Assembly: GCA_043228905.1 (NCBI GenBank)
Contig: JBHGNT010000011.1
Coordinates: 682,001-746,000, forward strand
DNA length: 64,000 nt
Direction of reading: 5' to 3'
From: Azolla caroliniana
Taxonomy: Eukaryota > Plantae > Polypodiophyta
Made by a program: the position numbers and the translations under genes. Of this stretch, positions 25,900-38,793 are shown one piece after another. Numbering within the stretch: the first letter of the stretch is position 1; the number at the start of each line of letters is the position of its first letter. The notes beneath the pieces are model-generated. The model saw nothing but the letters and a program-made list of their open reading frames with translations, was not told the DNA's origin and made no database searches.

Positions 25900-27272
25900 G
25901 TCCAATTTGTCAATCTAACCATATAGAACAATGTAAGGCATAAGAGAATGTTTACAGATCAATGGCTAGTCTTTTAGATTCAATATTGTGTCCTCCAGGA
26001 TTTGAGCTATCTTTCACCATTACAAGTGTGTTATGGGTATATGTTTAGATTGTGAACCTATTGTTTTAGGTGGTTTCCAAAAGAGTTGAGTAGTGAAACT
26101 TTAATCCTTGTTAAGTTGTTTGAAAATGTTGAGACAACTTACATAGGCAATGTGTGTAAACGAAAAGATTTAGCTAGAAAGTTTCTTAAACCAAGAGATT
26201 CGTCCTCTCTTTTCTTAGTATCTCTTAAAAAGTTCATTAAGCACAACTTAATTTACTTATGGCAGACTTGCATATTCTAAATTTTCAAATGACGTAGTGG
26301 TCTTAGTAGTAGATTTTGTAGAGAATTGTACTTTCAATGAGCAAAATGAAATACAATCCATTAATGGTGATCAATACATGTAACAATTATTGTTTACATA
26401 ACTTATTATCAAATTTCGGGTGATGCAAGGAATGTAATTTATTTATTTATATATCTTGATAAGAAACACAATACCTTGTTCATCCAACATTGTTTTTTAT
26501 TACATTGGAAATGGTTGTTAGATCAACATTTGGAGCTTACTCAACATTGGGTTTGGTCTGATGGAGCTGGATCACGATTTAAGGCTAAACAACCATTCTA
26601 TTTTGTTGGGAGGTATGCTTCTGAAATAGGATTGGAGATGACATGGAACTTTTTCAGGTTTGGCCATGGAAAAGGTGAGCGTGATGGAGCAAGTGCAATT
26701 ATAAAACGAGCACTTACTCATGAACAACTAAAGGTTGATGGTGTGCATATGAATTGTGTCACTCATGTAGTGGATTATTTAAGAAAGTATATGTCATCTA
26801 GTCCAATTGGTGTTTACTCTTCATAGGTTCGAGATATCAAACACGTATTTTGGAAAGTGAGGATAGATGAAGTAAATAGAGAGAAGACGTGGGAGTGCCA
26901 AGGAATCCATAAACTATGATCTCTCCACCCTGTTCATGGTTATTCTATGAGTGATGGTCCTTGTATTGTAGTTATAGAAGTTGCATGTTTTTGCTACCAA
27001 TGCATATAGGGAAATAGGAGTGGATTCAATGTCTCTCATCAATCCATGTGATAATGATATCATGTTCCTTCAGGGTGGTCATTATGTGCCGTGGAAGACG
27101 ATGCGATGAAGAAGAGTTTCTCGGCGTCCTATTGGAGTTAACGACGACATGCGAGAATGATGTACGTACGGTGCGTGCTTGCTTATCTATCGGAGTGGCA
27201 CCCAAGGGCTAATGGATGGACGGACGGACGGATGGATGGTTGGGTCACGTTTCCGATTACAGGATGGGACAC
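25900..27272 (+). mobile_element. Sola-like (Sola2-type motif set) DNA transposase pseudogene
   Basis: Frame-shifted motifs in order: VVDFVENCTF-EQNEIQS (26291-26360), WVWSDGAGSRFK, WNFF.FGHGKGERDGASAIIKR (26476-26826). Confidence 0.6.
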
Positions 27273-27358
27273 ACATCTGTATGTACAAAACGTGCGCTGG
27301 CACAACCTGATTTCAGGCCGCAGAAGCGCATGTGAAGGAAAAGGAGCACACACTCAGG

Positions 27359-27360
<2 letters not shown>

Positions 27361-27397
<37 letters not shown>

Positions 27398-27639
27398 TAA
27401 TATCACACCCTGACTCAAGGGCTAAAACAACTAAAAAGCCAAAGCCAAAGCCAAAGCCAAAGCAAAAGCAAAAGCAAAAGCCAAAGCAAAAGCAAAAGCA
27501 AAAGCAAAAGCAAAAGCAAAGAAGGAAGAAGAAGAATTAGGACCTCCATAGAGTTCTCTGTGTCTTTCTCTTCTTTTGTAGAAGAAGACGAAGAAGAAGA
27601 AGAGAAGAAGAAGAAGAAGAAGAAGAAGAAGGAGTAGCA

Positions 27640-27672
<33 letters not shown>
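27361..27672 (+). repeat. Compound microsatellites upstream of PTB3: (CA)n, (GCCAAA/GCAAAA)n, (GAA)n, (GTCT)n
   Basis: Read directly from the sequence. Confidence 0.95.
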
Positions 27673-27673
<1 letters not shown>

Positions 27674-27740
27674 AGTTGTACTTCGTAAGGAGCTCCTTTC
27701 GCCACACATCGAAGGACCCTGTGAGAGAGCCGGAGAAACC

Positions 27741-30700
27741 ATGGCGGAACCTTCCAAAGTCCTGCACTTTCGGAATGTCGGTCCCGAAATTACAGAGGTA
27801 ATCGTGCGCGTGTTTCTGCTTGTCTTTGGGTTTGTGTGTTTTGCGTGTGTCTTATAGAAGGGAGAGAGACACAGAGAGAGACAGAGAAAGAGATGGATTG
27901 CGTTCTTTTTGTGTGTGTCGAGCAGGAGGATTTGACAGAGCTGGTCCGTCCGTTTGGCAAAGTAGCGAAACTCGTGATGCTGAGGGCGAAAAACCAGGTA
28001 TGAAAGGAGAATCACGCAAGACAGGAACCGATTTTGAAATGATAATTTCTTGTGGAAAGGAAAACAGTAAAATTCCGTTCTCAATTTCTTCTTTTCCTGC
28101 TCGCTGCCAGGCCTTGATACAGATGCAGGACCTCTCCTCTGCCACGAGTGTTGTGTCTTGTTATGACAGCACACAGCCTACCATCAGGTGAATGATTCCT
28201 TTCTTTTTAGCTTCCCCGTCCATCTCAATCCCATAGGATACTCCCTACTCTGCAGTAGATGTGACTCTTCTTTATCTCTGTTTGTTTTAGCATTTTTACT
28301 GCCGTTTGTGGCCCACAGAATTATACTGATTTTTGTGGACCCTGTTTTCCTTCCCTGCTTCAATGTCGGATATTTGAAGCTCTAGGACACATACATGGAT
28401 TGTATTCCTTGATATTTGCTAATCTTTTCAAATATTATACTCTGTTCATTGGTCATTTTTCCTTGATATCTATTTTCTCACATTATCCTGCGTTTTTATG
28501 CATTGTGCTCCCTTAACAAACCTAATTTTTTCTTGCTATGCCAAGTATTATACGTTTTTTCTTTGTATTGTGTATCCTTGATCTATGGTTCAATTCCGTC
28601 TTTCCAAGAATTATACTGCTTTAGCTTTTTAACATCACATTTCCTTTATCTCTGCTTCAACGTTTTGTTTTCACGAGCATTTTACTGCCTTGTGTGGACA
28701 GACTTTGCTTTTTAAAGTATTAGACTGTGTTTTATGGATCATGTTTTCTTGTGAGATGACAGGGGTAGAAATGTTTACATCCAGTTTTCATCACATTTGG
28801 AGCTCACTGTTCCTGAATCATGGCGTCAACAACAAGATCAGGTTTTTCTTCATTATATGTAGCAGTCCGTATCTATCGTATGCATGCTCCTCATATCTTC
28901 TCTTACTCTGTTCTCTGGCACAATGCTGTTCTGTCAGGACACACAACCCAATCGTATTCTTCTAGTAACTATCCACAACCCCCTCTTTCCCATTACAGTG
29001 AGCGTACTACATCAAGTCTTTTCAGCTTATGGGTTTATCGAGAAGATTGTAACGTTCCAAAAATCAGCTGGTTTGCTTCTTTCATTAACTTTTGGATTTA
29101 ACTCAACGACATTTAAAATCTCTACAGAAAGTTTCCACCATTTCTATTACTACACCTAGAAACTGGAAGCAAATATGATATACTTCTAAGCTTGAACTTT
29201 GCTGGGCTGAACTTGTTTGCAGGCGTTCAAGCCCTCGTCCAATTCACAGACCAGAATGGTGCTATGCAAGCAAGAAACAATGTGCAGGTTTTACAATCTC
29301 TCTATCTCTCTATGGCCAGCCACCTTAATAAATGCATCTGATAATGGTCCTCTCTGATTTCATACAGGGACGAAATATTTATGATGGGTGTTGCACCTTA
29401 GATATCCAGTATTCAAAGTATGTATTTTTCTGAAGTTCTAGCAAAAGCAAAAATCTTTTCATCCTAAGAGGTAGTAAAGATAATTTGCGTACTGATATAG
29501 ATTTTAAATCGCTTACAGCCTCTCAGAACTGCAGGTTCAACTGAACAACGAGCGAATGAGGTGATAAAATTTCCAATAAATATTAATATGTATATGTACA
29601 TATTTGAAGACTGTAATAATGGCTGATTCTTGACGTACAAACAGGGACTACACAAACCCATCTTTACCACCTGAACCAGGAATGGTATGGGGCATTTTTT
29701 CATTTGGAGGGATTGATTTATTTCTATAAGTTTCGTGAATATAATCATGCTGATTTATATAATTCAGCCCTTTTATGGAGAAAATGGGAATATGTATGCC
29801 TTGCAGCCGGGAGTATCGCGACCAGGTGTGCAATTAATTGACATTGAGATGTTTATGTGATTTTTGCAAGTGTTCATTTAGTAAACATATCTCTAACATC
29901 AGAATTTTTTGAAACCGTTTTCAGTAGCCTTTCAACAGGTATGTGGCTTCCTTCTTAATACCCTTTACGTCAGAAATTATGTTTTGAAGATGCATAAGGT
30001 GTTTCAATACTCCTTTATATACTGTTTAGATGCCTCTTGGTGGTAGTGTTACTGCTGCAGCAATGTTTGGGGGAGTGCTTCCCCAAGGTATAACTGGTAC
30101 CAATGATAGAACAACCCTTATTGTCTCCAATCTAAATTATGAGGTGCGATATAAGACTATTTAATGGCTTTAATTCAACAAGGAGGTTCTCATAATGATG
30201 TGTTTACACTTCGTATGTCTCCAGCAAGTTGATGCTGATAAACTATTCAATCTTTTCTCAAACTATGGAAACATTGTAAGGATAAAGTTCTTGCACAACA
30301 AACCAGATCATGCACTTGTTCAGATGGGTGATGGCCTGCAAGCAGAACTTGCTGTACATTATCTCAAGGTTAGATATTAAAAGCTGGATCTTCTTTTTAG
30401 GGTCTTGCTTGCACTTGCTCTAACGGTACGTAATGTTCAGGGGGTAACACTGTTCGGAAACAAAATGGAAGTAAACTTCTCTAAGTACACTCAAATCAAC
30501 CCCTCTTCAGACACACATGATTATTCCTCCTCAAGCTTGAATCGCTTCAACCGCAATGTCACCAAGAATTTGCGCTACTGTTGTGCCCCAACAAAGATGA
30601 TTCACATCTCAAGTCTCCCTAATGATGTAACTGAAGCAGATATTACTGCACATCTTGAACCACATGGACAAATCGTTGATGCAAAAGTATTTGAGGCCAA

Positions 30701-30830
30701 TGGGAAAAAGCAAGCATTGGTCCAGTTTGATACCGAAGAAGAAGCAATGGAAGCACTTATGTGCAAGCATGCTAGCCTCTTTCAGGGTCAAACTATTCGT
30801 CTTGCCTTCTCGAAGTCAAGATCAGTTTAG
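27741..30830 (+). CDS. PTB3: Polypyrimidine tract-binding protein homolog 3 (4 RRMs), 14 exons
   Basis: GT-AG spliced exons give MAEPSKVLHFRNVGPEITE / EDLTELVRPFGKVAKLVMLRAKNQ / ALIQMQD..QPTIR / GRNVYIQFSSH / PNRILLVTIH..IEKIVTFQKSAG / GRNIYDGCCTLDIQYS / ..GITGTNDR..DKLFNLFSNYGNIVRIK / CCAPTKMIHIS..IRLAFSK*. This matches plant PTB3. Confidence 0.93.
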
Positions 30831-32449
30831 CCTCATTCCGAAATTTCCTGCCATGTGGAGTTTCAGACAGGTAACTTCTATAAGCTTATTAGTTATTAGC
30901 ATGCTATGGAGCTGCATAATGTATGTAATGAATTCAGTATTACCTTTACGTTGTGTTGCAGATTGTCATGACTCAACTCACTTTAGGTTGTATTTAGCAA
31001 TACTATGGGATATTACATGTTTTTGGTACTTGTGGAGGCAACCTGTGAAATTCCTAGTAATCGTTCTCTGCAATGGGATTGTGGGAGAGGTTTTTTGAAC
31101 CTGCATTGCTTCACCATCCCTGTCAATCAGAGATCTGTTCAACTGCAAATTTGAGATCCTCATCTGTATGCATTGGCGTAAGTTGAAATGTTTTGAGATA
31201 AGATTTATTTTTTTTACCATGTTTTTGAGTTGCAGGACCAGTGTGACTTGAGTCAATTGGCTTTTCATTTTTCTTTAACTTGTAAGCAAAACAATATATA
31301 TAACTTACAACACTATTTATGAATCACGAGGTGCGATACATTTCTTCATTACTTGGAATAGGTGTCTTAGTTACTTAATCTTGATTTATCATTAGGTTGA
31401 TCTTTTACAATCATTTTATTTTTGGGTTGATGGCATCTATTTAATCCCTAAACCCTAAATCATGGATGATACTGGCTTTGTTCTGTTTAATCGATTTCTA
31501 TTTAGCTGGGAGGCATGGAATTGGAAGATCACAGGGTATTGATTGAGACTCAAAGAGATTAATGTCATAAGAAAGCTGGTGATATTGTAATGACATGTAA
31601 AATCATGCGAACTACTGTGAATGCAAATGCTTGCACAAAATCATTCAACTAATGAGCATATGTCAGTATATGCCTGTTGGTTGCATCATAAAAAGTGAAC
31701 CTTTATAACATTGAGTGCACATTACACAAGTACTTGAGTTTCATGAAGTTCTTGATTTGATGTGCAAGGAAAGTTTGCATATGGGATATTCTGTTTGTTC
31801 TCGGGAATCAATTCTAGTTGAATCGATGGGTTTGATCAATGTACCTTTGCGTATACATATATGCTCGAGTGTCATTATAGCACAATTTGTTTGCTAGCTA
31901 CATATATGAAAGAACAGGTGATTCGTGTTATCATGCACAATCCCTTTCACAATATCGTGTGATTTGCAGAGGCTTAGTGAAAGGCCAAGGTATATTTGTA
32001 AAACTGGATTTATGGTACTTTTGATTGGCATATGATTTCATGATATTTGGATACTGATAACATCAAATTTAGGCATTATGCAGTTTTTCCTTTGTAAGGT
32101 TGCTGCAGAAAGTTGCCTACCTGATTAGTTTGTTTCTCATGATTGGTTCCAAGTGTATCCTCACTTTTCTGAACAATAACTAGTTTTTAAGATCCAAGCT
32201 TGTGAAATTGTTAATAATGTTTCTGTGATGTGTTTAGCTATTCTTGAAGAGGGTGGGAACAACAAAGCAAACACAATGGTAACAATTGTTTGCATTATTG
32301 TTTTGGAGGCACTCCTAACAAGGGTTGTCACACTTGTCCTATGTATTCATTTTCATGTTCTTAAATTAGGCGCAACCTTCATTTGAGAAAAAGATAACAA
32401 AGAAAAGTTAATACAAAAACAAAGCATCACGCATAAGTTGGATCACCTA

Positions 32450-33200
32450 CTGAGAAGATAAGCTTCCTTCTTTGGTTGGTGTCATCACTGCATGGGTAGT
32501 AGGCCATGTTGAATCACCAATAGGCAAGATAAACACTCCACCATGGAGTGAATTTAACCTTGCTCCAATAAACAAAATTGCGACTCTAATACTCCAACCT
32601 TCATAGATATGCTCTAACTTAACACCTACCATCAAATACAAAACATTTCCCATAACACCCATTGTCTTGCCATCAAAATAACATGACAAAACTTCCCAAA
32701 TCTTAGAAAAACAGTGTGAATAATGAATACTATCTTCGACTTAAACAACACAAAAAACCATGGAGTGAAATTGTAGCCACTCTAAAGAGCCAATATGATG
32801 CCTCAAGGGCGGCTCCAATGGAGTTAAAAGACAACGATTAGCCTTCATCCAACAATGATCAACCTCTCCCTTTATTGAGTCAGTGGGCATCCACATAAGA
32901 TGGAACTATCTCGTCCCTACAGGGATTTGTACATAATCGTCTCATTTGTAAAATTTTATAACTAATGGAAGGAGTTTTTTTTGGAAATAAATAAATAAAT
33001 ACGAAATTGCCTATTGCAAGTCTATGTCTCTTTAAAGCTAATTCCAAATATGAACCCTCATTCAATACTCTCCAAATGAAGATCTTTGCTAAAAGTGGCA
33101 ATTTAGAATGTCAATTATATTTCGAGATTTATCACTAGAGTCTAGCCATATTTAGAGTGACATGTGTTGAAACATTATCAAACTTGGACAAACTAGATTA
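32450..33200 (-). mobile_element. Highly decayed LINE (zf-RVT-like) fragment
   Basis: Only the short motif LAKIFIWRVLN on the minus strand. Confidence 0.3.
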
Positions 33201-34483
33201 GGCCATATTTGTAATATGCTCAAAGGGCAGTCGCCCTAGTTCAGTTAATATATAATTGAACCTATAACCTAGTTTGAGATGATGTCGTCATTCTTTTCTG
33301 TTGTAACTTTTGAATAATATAGTTACATTCTTGTGTGTCTCTTGGGATCCTTCTCTCTCAGTTGTTAATCTCCTTGATTAATCTTGTTAAGTTGTAGAAG
33401 TCTAATCTCCGTTGTCATTGATCTAATCTCCCATCTTGAAAGTCTATTACTACATAGTGCTAATTTGTTATCCGCTCATTGACAACCTTGTTCCCAACAA
33501 CATGCCCATGGTTGTTGTTGGGTTTGCGTAGGCAAGGACCCTACATCGATGTTATATTTTGTAAACACTACCAAATAAACCAAAAATTGGGCGAGATGTA
33601 GAATATTGTCATGTCTCAACAAAGTATAAAAATCTCCAAGCTCAAGCCTCAACTACATCTTCCCACCTCTTTGTCCTCCAAATTAAACTAACGACTAAAT
33701 TAAGAGCGCAACCTCCCCTTTCCATGCCAACTTTGTAGTCAAGAAGACACATGTAACTCCTTTAGCGAGGAAGTACAATGTTCTTGCCATGAGACAACCA
33801 AGTGTTTGACTCATGAAGAACAAGTAATTTTAAGTGGAATACTTGCATTGAGTAATTGGCACCACACGGTCTCATTCGTGTGCTATGTGTTACACTTTCA
33901 TTCTCAATGAAATATTGGAAAATAGATATCCACAATTGTGAGTGTAAACATATGTCATGCAATAACAAAAATCAACAATCCATAATATACGTAGATATGT
34001 CCAATATTATATCTCTTGCTTAGGGGTTGCCACATGGTTCCACACACTCCATGCAATTCCCATCTCATCTCTCTTTCTCTACAAAAAATATCAAAGAGGT
34101 CACACAATGGAAAGCAAAGTCCTTTGTTCATAATTGCGACGACTACAATATTATGGGTTCAATAATACATTGATACAAGGCATATATGACATGGACAAGA
34201 TTGTAGCTTCTAATGCAATAATTTAGCTATACATTATTACAACTTGTTAGTTGTGTGACGTGTCTTGATGGGGTTATGCCTCTTAAGTTAAAATCATTTG
34301 TCGAAGAATACGTAATTGTTGTATATTGGTTGAAAAATAGAGCTTTTTAAACTAGGGATCCTTGTCATCCTAGACATTCCAAATCCCTCCTAGTATACAA
34401 GATGAGGTAAGATTTCTTTCAATTAATGTGCAATCCAAACACCAAGCCAAATTGGTCTCACACATGCATCCCCTTCTCACCAA

Positions 34484-34586
34484 GTCCTTTCGGGTACATT
34501 TGATAACCAAGGAACAATACAGAGAAGATTAGCATGACCCCTTCACAAGGATGACACGCACAAATCGAGAAAGGGTCCAAAATTTT
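34484..34586 (+). pseudogene. U6: U6 snRNA-derived copy, probably a pseudogene
   Basis: Collinear with plant U6: GTCC.TTCGGG.ACAT...ATACAGAGAAGATTAGCATG.CCCCT...CAAGGATGACACGCA.AAATCGAGAAA.GGTCCAAAATTTT. Many substitutions. No USE or TATA seen upstream. Confidence 0.85.
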
Positions 34587-35413
34587 ATGAATACCCCTTT
34601 TTAGGAAGGAGACACGTCAAGAACACATGTATACTCTAGTCCCATAGGTCAAATTTGGCCTCTTTATGGACGATAAAAATTCTAATTCTAATTCATGTGA
34701 GGCTTGCAAGAAAATGAAAGAATCATCACCAAACATTGAGCTACCAATTCTTCCTCAAATGCCTAAGACACCAAAATATCAACCTACGAACGAGTACACA
34801 ATAGAATATATAAGAATTCATCGGTTCTTATGTTACAATGCTACAACCCTAGTCCAGAAAGCGCACCAAAGGGGGAGGTGGTGTGCCTTCGTAAGAAACA
34901 TTCCCGCAACTCACATCTCAATCCATCTTTGCGTGTTATCCATTGGACACACGGAGAAGCAAGACAAAAGACTCTTTCCTAGATTTCTAAACCGGTTTTG
35001 AGGCTAATTTTATCAAACAATCAAACAATGGGTTACAACCTATTATTTACAAGCATTGATAGAAACATCTAATGGATTAGTAACAATAGCAAACAATAGT
35101 TAGCTATGTGGGCATCCTTGATAAACAGATCTGACGAAAGAAATATCTTATGTAACTCCAGCATTAAGCATTATGTACTTAGGGCACGTAATCTTGCCGT
35201 AAACAAAATGTATTAATCACCTAGGGAGTTTTTTTGTCAAATAGAATTGCAATATCAGGAATATCAAAGGTGAATAATAGATGTAATGTAGATTTTTTTG
35301 AACAAATAATCTATTGCAAATAAAGGAAAATGAGCATGAAAATATCTGTCTTATATACCATTGCATTGCAATGATGAAGACCAATCTTCAGTGTTGTACT
35401 AGGACAGCTCTGT

Positions 35414-35777
35414 AAAATCATTTAAAGAGAGCAATCGAGGGATCAAAAGCTAATATAGTGCATCTCAATTGATGCTCATCATAGATCATCAGTTTCCAGC
35501 AAACATAGAACTGGCATTTTCCTTGTGGGTTTACTAATGGAGACAGCTCTTTAAAATCATCTAAAGGGAGATCTATCAGGTGATCAAAAGCTAATTTAGT
35601 GCATCTCAATTGATGCTCATCATAAATCAACAGTTTCAAGCAAAAATAAATTTAAAATCATCTAAAGAGAGATCTATTGAGGGATCAAAAGCTAATTTAG
35701 TGCATCTCAATTGATGCTCATCATAAATCATCAGTTTCCAGCAAACATAAATTTGGCATTTCCCTTGGGGGTTTACT
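35414..35777. repeat. Three-copy ~100-140-bp tandem repeat
   Basis: AAAATCAT.TAA...GATCAAAAGCTAAT.TAGTGCATCTCAATTGATGCTCATCATA occurs three times. Confidence 0.85.
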
Positions 35778-36123
35778 GCGTTGACTAAACTGAAGATTAC
35801 CCTGACTTCATGGGAGACAAATTAGCAATGCAAGTGAGAGCATGTGAGAAAGAAATCCAATTAATCAAAAACTTGTATAGGAGCATTACATGTTTACTCA
35901 ATAAATAATCATGGTTAATGCAACCATGCTTTATATGTTTGAAATGTCACGACTTTTCAAAAAAGCTATTTTCCACAAAATATTTCGCTCTTTGGGGAGA
36001 GTGAAATGAGGTTTGAAACAATCTGAATGTTGTAGGAAAGAAAACTGCCTATTATTAAAGGGAGACTGACTATTTTAGGGGAAGCATGAAACTGTGTCTA
36101 GAGGAAGCCATTAATTTGTTGGA

Positions 36124-37797
36124 TCATGTGCCACCATCCAAATCTTCCATCACATCTACCTCGGTTCTAACTGTCATCTTGTGAACATAGCCTGCAAAAG
36201 AACCAACAATATAAAAATGTAAAACCCATGTGTAGTTCTTAGTGAGACATTAAATTTTATGCAAGTAAATCAATAATAGATGACTCAATGAATGGTTCCT
36301 AAAGGGTTAGCTGGAGGAGAGAAATAGTGGCATGCCATATTAATAAAGGTTGAGCCCATGACATTTGTTCCTGTGCAAAGTCGCAAAAGCAAAGACACTT
36401 GGATTCATAGACATTCCTAGAAAATAAAATAAGTCAAAGGAGACCATAGCTTTCACCATATGGAAACATATACACATACAAGAGATGCAATTTGCAGGCA
36501 ATAGTCATCATTAAATGCAGTTCACAGAAAATTGCTGAAAAGCTGATGTTTAGATCTCACTCACATTCAAAACACTAATGGCAACTGATCTCAAGACCTA
36601 TTAAGGAACATAGAGCCTTAAATCTTGTTATACAATGAACTGAATGACAAGCATTGGTGCATCGAGATCAACACACAAATCAAGCATTGATACATGCCCC
36701 TCTTACTATACATGAATTTGTACCTAGGAAATATATACGCAAGTTGTTTTTATGGCTCTTCCTTGCTCGCATTGTCTTTCCAAACCAAGATCAGCTTAAT
36801 GAAAAATTATGTAGTCCTATTTATGACATGGTTTACAGCTTCAGATTTGGCTAGGTTTAGAACAAAAATGCAGTAACATGGCAAAGCCACTTGCACAATC
36901 AATTGTCAGAGACTCGTGACTTACCTAAACCCATACAAGGAATACATTTACATATAACTTCCCGGCCTTTCTTCGGATAATAGCTTACTTCACCGGTCCC
37001 ATGACATCGTGTGCATTTCCCTGTCCATTGATATAAAACATCTTTGCAATCCTGTTTGTATCACATAATCAGAATAAGTTTAATCAGAATGAGCTTCTCA
37101 AATAAGATGCATTTCCATGTATGTACGAGAGAAGAAGAGATTTTGCGTTTAGGGATTAATCGGAATAATTTTCATGAAGGTACAAACAATCTGATCAAAT
37201 AAGAAAGGGTTTAGGTTTAGGGTTAAAGGTTTTAAAGACACAAATTCAAATACATACGATTTGTGCAAAGAATTTAAAAATGAATCAAGATTTAGGTTCG
37301 AGCAATACATCAACATCGACATGTACATACAATTTGTGGAAAGCAGAAGTAGAGAAAAAAACAATTTGGATTTAATGAGCCTTGACCTCTTTCTCTGTGT
37401 CGCAGTTCATCAAGTTCTCCACATCTTGATGGTTAGGAGTAGAACCAGGGTAGGCCATGGGTAGGGGAAGGGGCTCATGTCTGTTGAGGGAGCTCTCGTT
37501 GTCTTTAAACCATCGATTCGTCCTCTTCTTCTTCTTACTGCTATTGTTATTATCTTCATCAACATTTCTGTTGGCATAAACACGCCACTCGTTGGGGCGA
37601 GAGGAGCTCTGTGATCCCTCGAATGAAGGGTTAGAGCTCTGTGGCCATAGCTGATCTGGATTGATGGGCAAAACGAAAACACTTCGAACGACGAATCTGA
37701 CCGATGGCAGCGATGGCCGTCTCGGTTTCTGATGGGGTAACCCTATTCCAAACCCGATTCCTAACCCTAACCCTAATTCAAACTTCCCATGAAGCAT
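36124..37797 (-). CDS. SCO2: SNOWY COTYLEDON 2 / CYO1-like DnaJ-type zinc-finger plastid protein disulfide isomerase, 3 exons (37797-37387, 37051-36925, 36191-36124), 201 aa
   Basis: Spliced [80 protein letters not shown], with two CXXCXGXG motifs and consistent intron phases. Confidence 0.9.
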
Positions 37798-38491
37798 GTT
37801 ATGACAGCATGAAAGAATCCTTGAGAGGTAGTTTGAAGAGGAGGGGGGGGGATCTGGAATATTCTCAATGGGAATCTTTTGAAGGGATCTCTGGTTTCAC
37901 ATTGCGGGGGCCAAGCCAAACTGGAAATGTCCGACTCGAGATGTCCATAAGGCCTAGGGAATTTGGAGCCACTTACTGGCACACTCTTATATATATGCAA
38001 AGTCGGTCTTGTGCTAGAGCGGATATTATGCACTATTGAGATATCGGAGATGGGCACGAGTCAACATGGCTCTCTTATAGAGGGGTGTTCCATGTGCTAG
38101 TAGTAAATTGCCCTGAGGTCTCACCGTGAGACACTTGAGAAGTTATGTGCATACTTGCCATGCCATGGCCACAAAAGTTGTGTTTGTCCAATGCCATTCG
38201 AGGTCGAGGGACCGGGCAGGACGCTAACATTTTATCATGCGCTCTATGTTAGGGATTGTATTTGTAGCTTCCATCAATGTATGCAGAGGCTCTTACGTTA
38301 CTTGTTGTCTCATTTAGGCTTGTCCTCAAAATGTGAGGCCTTCATTCTTTTCTTTATTTTTCCAAAGTGTATTTTTGCATTTTGACTTCAACAAAAATTT
38401 AATGTGGAAAAACTATCGAGAGATACTCTTAACCACAACGGTATATCAACTTCATGAAATGACAGGTTGATAGTTAAATGTTTATTATCCT

Positions 38492-38793
38492 TTCAATGCA
38501 TGAGAAAGAAATGCTTTGTAGGAAGGAGAACATAGTTGGTCATTTTTTATGTGTGTCACAATTGAGGATTAGCATACATAGGATCATAAACAAGACAAAC
38601 TTGGTCGTAATATTGTGAGAGAACGATCTTCATCAACTAGTGTTCAATGCATGAGAAAGAAATGCTTTGTAGGAAGGAGAACATAGTTGGTCATTTTTTA
38701 TGTGTGTCACAATTGAGGATTCACATACATAGGATCATAAACAAGACAAACTTGGTCGTAATATTGTGAGAGAACGATCTTCATCAACTAGTG
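38492..38793. repeat. 151-bp near-perfect tandem duplication
   Basis: TTCAATGCATGAG...CATCAACTAGTG occurs twice. Confidence 0.95.

Noticed and set aside
27157-28174. Low-complexity ORFs (KQKQ, AFAF, poly-L)
   Set aside because: Products of microsatellites upstream of PTB3.
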